Of a stretch of 64,000 bases of DNA, positions 62,405 through 64,000 are shown in pieces. The notes below the pieces were generated by a model. The model did not search any database. It saw nothing but the letters and a program-made list of their open reading frames with translations, and was not told the DNA's origin. Numbering within the stretch: position 1 is the stretch's first letter; the number at the start of each line of letters is the position of its first letter. The stretch covers positions 23,810,775 to 23,874,774 of the forward strand of contig NC_068991.1 in the NCBI RefSeq assembly GCF_001194135.2, given 5' to 3'. Made by a program: the position numbers and the translations under genes. This stretch comes from Octopus bimaculoides. Taxonomy: Eukaryota.

Positions 62405-63545
62405 CAGGGTGCATAAGCTATTTAAGAACAAAATTTTAATCTAAAGAAAACAAAAATACTTATAAGAAAAACCAATGTATTTCTATAGAATTTGGTATAC
62501 ATGCTCTTACATACACATAGCAAGAGGCTATTCAATAAAATCAGAATTGATTACTGCCTTAATATGGCTTCTGAAATGACTAATTGCATCGATCAGCTGA
62601 TTTTTATTTATGTTAGATATAATGTCCCTAATTAGCAAATATCAATTAGTTCATGGAACCAAGAGGCCAAATATTAGGTTAATATGATCATGAAGATGTT
62701 TTGGTCATCCAGTCCTAGGTTGAACAGGGTGTGAGAGAGTAAGCAGAGTCTTGCTGGAATGTGTAATGCTTCCCCTGAGCAACTTTCTTGATCCAGGGTT
62801 TGACAACTATTTCCATACTCACCCTTGGATCTTGCAAGAAAAAGCGATGGGTTATGACATGGTCCTCACTGTCATGACCTGCAACACCATAACAGACAAT
62901 AAAAACTTGGTGTGCATAACAGTGGGGATTTCAGTAGGGCTGGCTCAGAATCATCTGTCATTTCTGTTATTCACTTTTTGATCTTGAACAAAGTTCTCAT
63001 TTGAACAGAACCAAAGCATATTGGGCTCCTTGAGGTACTTGAGTTTGTTCATTAATTGCTTTGATTGGGTCACACGATTCTCCTGAGCCTTATCAGACAT
63101 GAACTACCCTCTTATAATAGGATATGTACCTGATATCTTAATGCATCACATGTCTAAACATTGACTACCACTACATGGAGATGATTGGCAATAACTCTCA
63201 AAGACTTGCTGAGATTCTTGTTGATGATGCTCTGGATTTCCTGGACAAATAATACTTTTCTAACAATGTCTAAAACTTGAGAATGTTTTTCTTTTGGCCA
63301 TGGAAGATATATTCCTGCCACGAGTTCTTTTCTTGTACTAAACACAAAAAGACCTGGCAACATTTAAGAAGGTTGCAATCTCAGAATCTCAATGGTTGAT
63401 AGCTTTGGTGATGAGAACTGGATGTCTTTTCATCGCCTGTGTTAGATTCAAAGCTTCCATGTTGGGACTGAAAAAAAGAGAGGACATTTAAAGTTTGAGC
63501 CACTGAGAGTTCTTAAAAAGTTTTGTTCTTAAAAAGCTGACACAT
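62405..63545 (-). mobile_element. Decayed maT-like transposon
   Basis: Left end CAGGGTGCATAAGCTATTTAAGAACAAAA, with a partial inverted match TTTTGTTCTTAAAAAGCT at about 63521-63538; minus-strand MLWFCSNENFVQDQKVNNRNDR..PTVMHTKF..VVKPWIKKVAQGKHYTFQQDSA. Confidence 0.75.
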
Positions 63546-63930
63546 ATCAGGGATGTGCCTCCTAGGTAGGCAAGGCAGGTAGTGCCTACCTTGAATAAAA
63601 TAGATTGATAACATTTTTTGTTTATGGCAAAATATGCACCTAATTCAATAAAATTATGAAGGTTACTCTGATTAGTATGCATTAAATGCAAAATATTTTA
63701 GTTTTTTGTAGATTAGGTAGGCATAATTTGCCTCTGTATTTAAGCTACGCATAGTACTGCTGTAGTACACGTGCTGTGTACATTCCTACAACATCTTCTT
63801 TATGTGCTATAAAGGCAGAAGTAAATCTGCCTTCAACTTAGTCGCACACCTGTGTTTGCTTATTTTTTGTGTGTTTTACTACATAAAGGTCACCAATTGC
63901 CTACTCTGAGTAATTACTGATGGCACATGC

Positions 63931-63934
<4 letters not shown>

Positions 63935-64000
<66 letters not shown>
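63935..64000. repeat. (AT)n microsatellite
   Basis: A pure AT tract runs to the window end; others at 7168-7218, 39168-39213 and 57461-57514. Confidence 0.95.

Noticed and set aside
741-62444. Long ORFs in the supplied track that contain X runs (741-1127, 7074-7622, 38971-39681, 40481-41542, 61796-62444)
   Set aside because: They read through N gaps (817-1096, 3294-3356, 7219-7583, 39214-39596, 40673-41420, 52103-52195, 61844-62383). Most gaps abut (AT)n tracts, which points to assembly breaks rather than biology.

Overview
Eukaryotic, AT-rich, repeat-dense genomic DNA with seven N gaps. The microsatellite load and the tRNA-derived SINE and RTE families suggest a coleoid cephalopod, probably Octopus; this is an inference with no database check. 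I reconstructed two spliced + strand genes by hand, and every intron phase matches. (1) PUS10 tRNA pseudouridine synthase: 17 coding exons at 2273-35441 encoding 449 aa; the first coding exon(s) appear to lie upstream of the window. The SGREDVDV catalytic motif is intact and one intron has a U12-type (minor spliceosome) donor. (2) A complete 7-exon, 333-aa membrane-anchored RDH11/12/13-like short-chain dehydrogenase at 42808-56489, whose catalytic Ser position holds Ala. The rest is introns and intergenic DNA filled with decayed transposons: Tc1 (one DD36E copy with both TIRs), DD37D maT-like, DD34D mariner, MITEs, RTE LINE 3' ends, a Penelope-like GIY-YIG fragment, several SINE families, foldback structures and mini/microsatellites. 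I found no convincing new multi-gene system. The best leads are the minor intron, the Ser-to-Ala SDR, the DD36E element, and intronic inverted repeats that could form dsRNA near small PUS10 exons.
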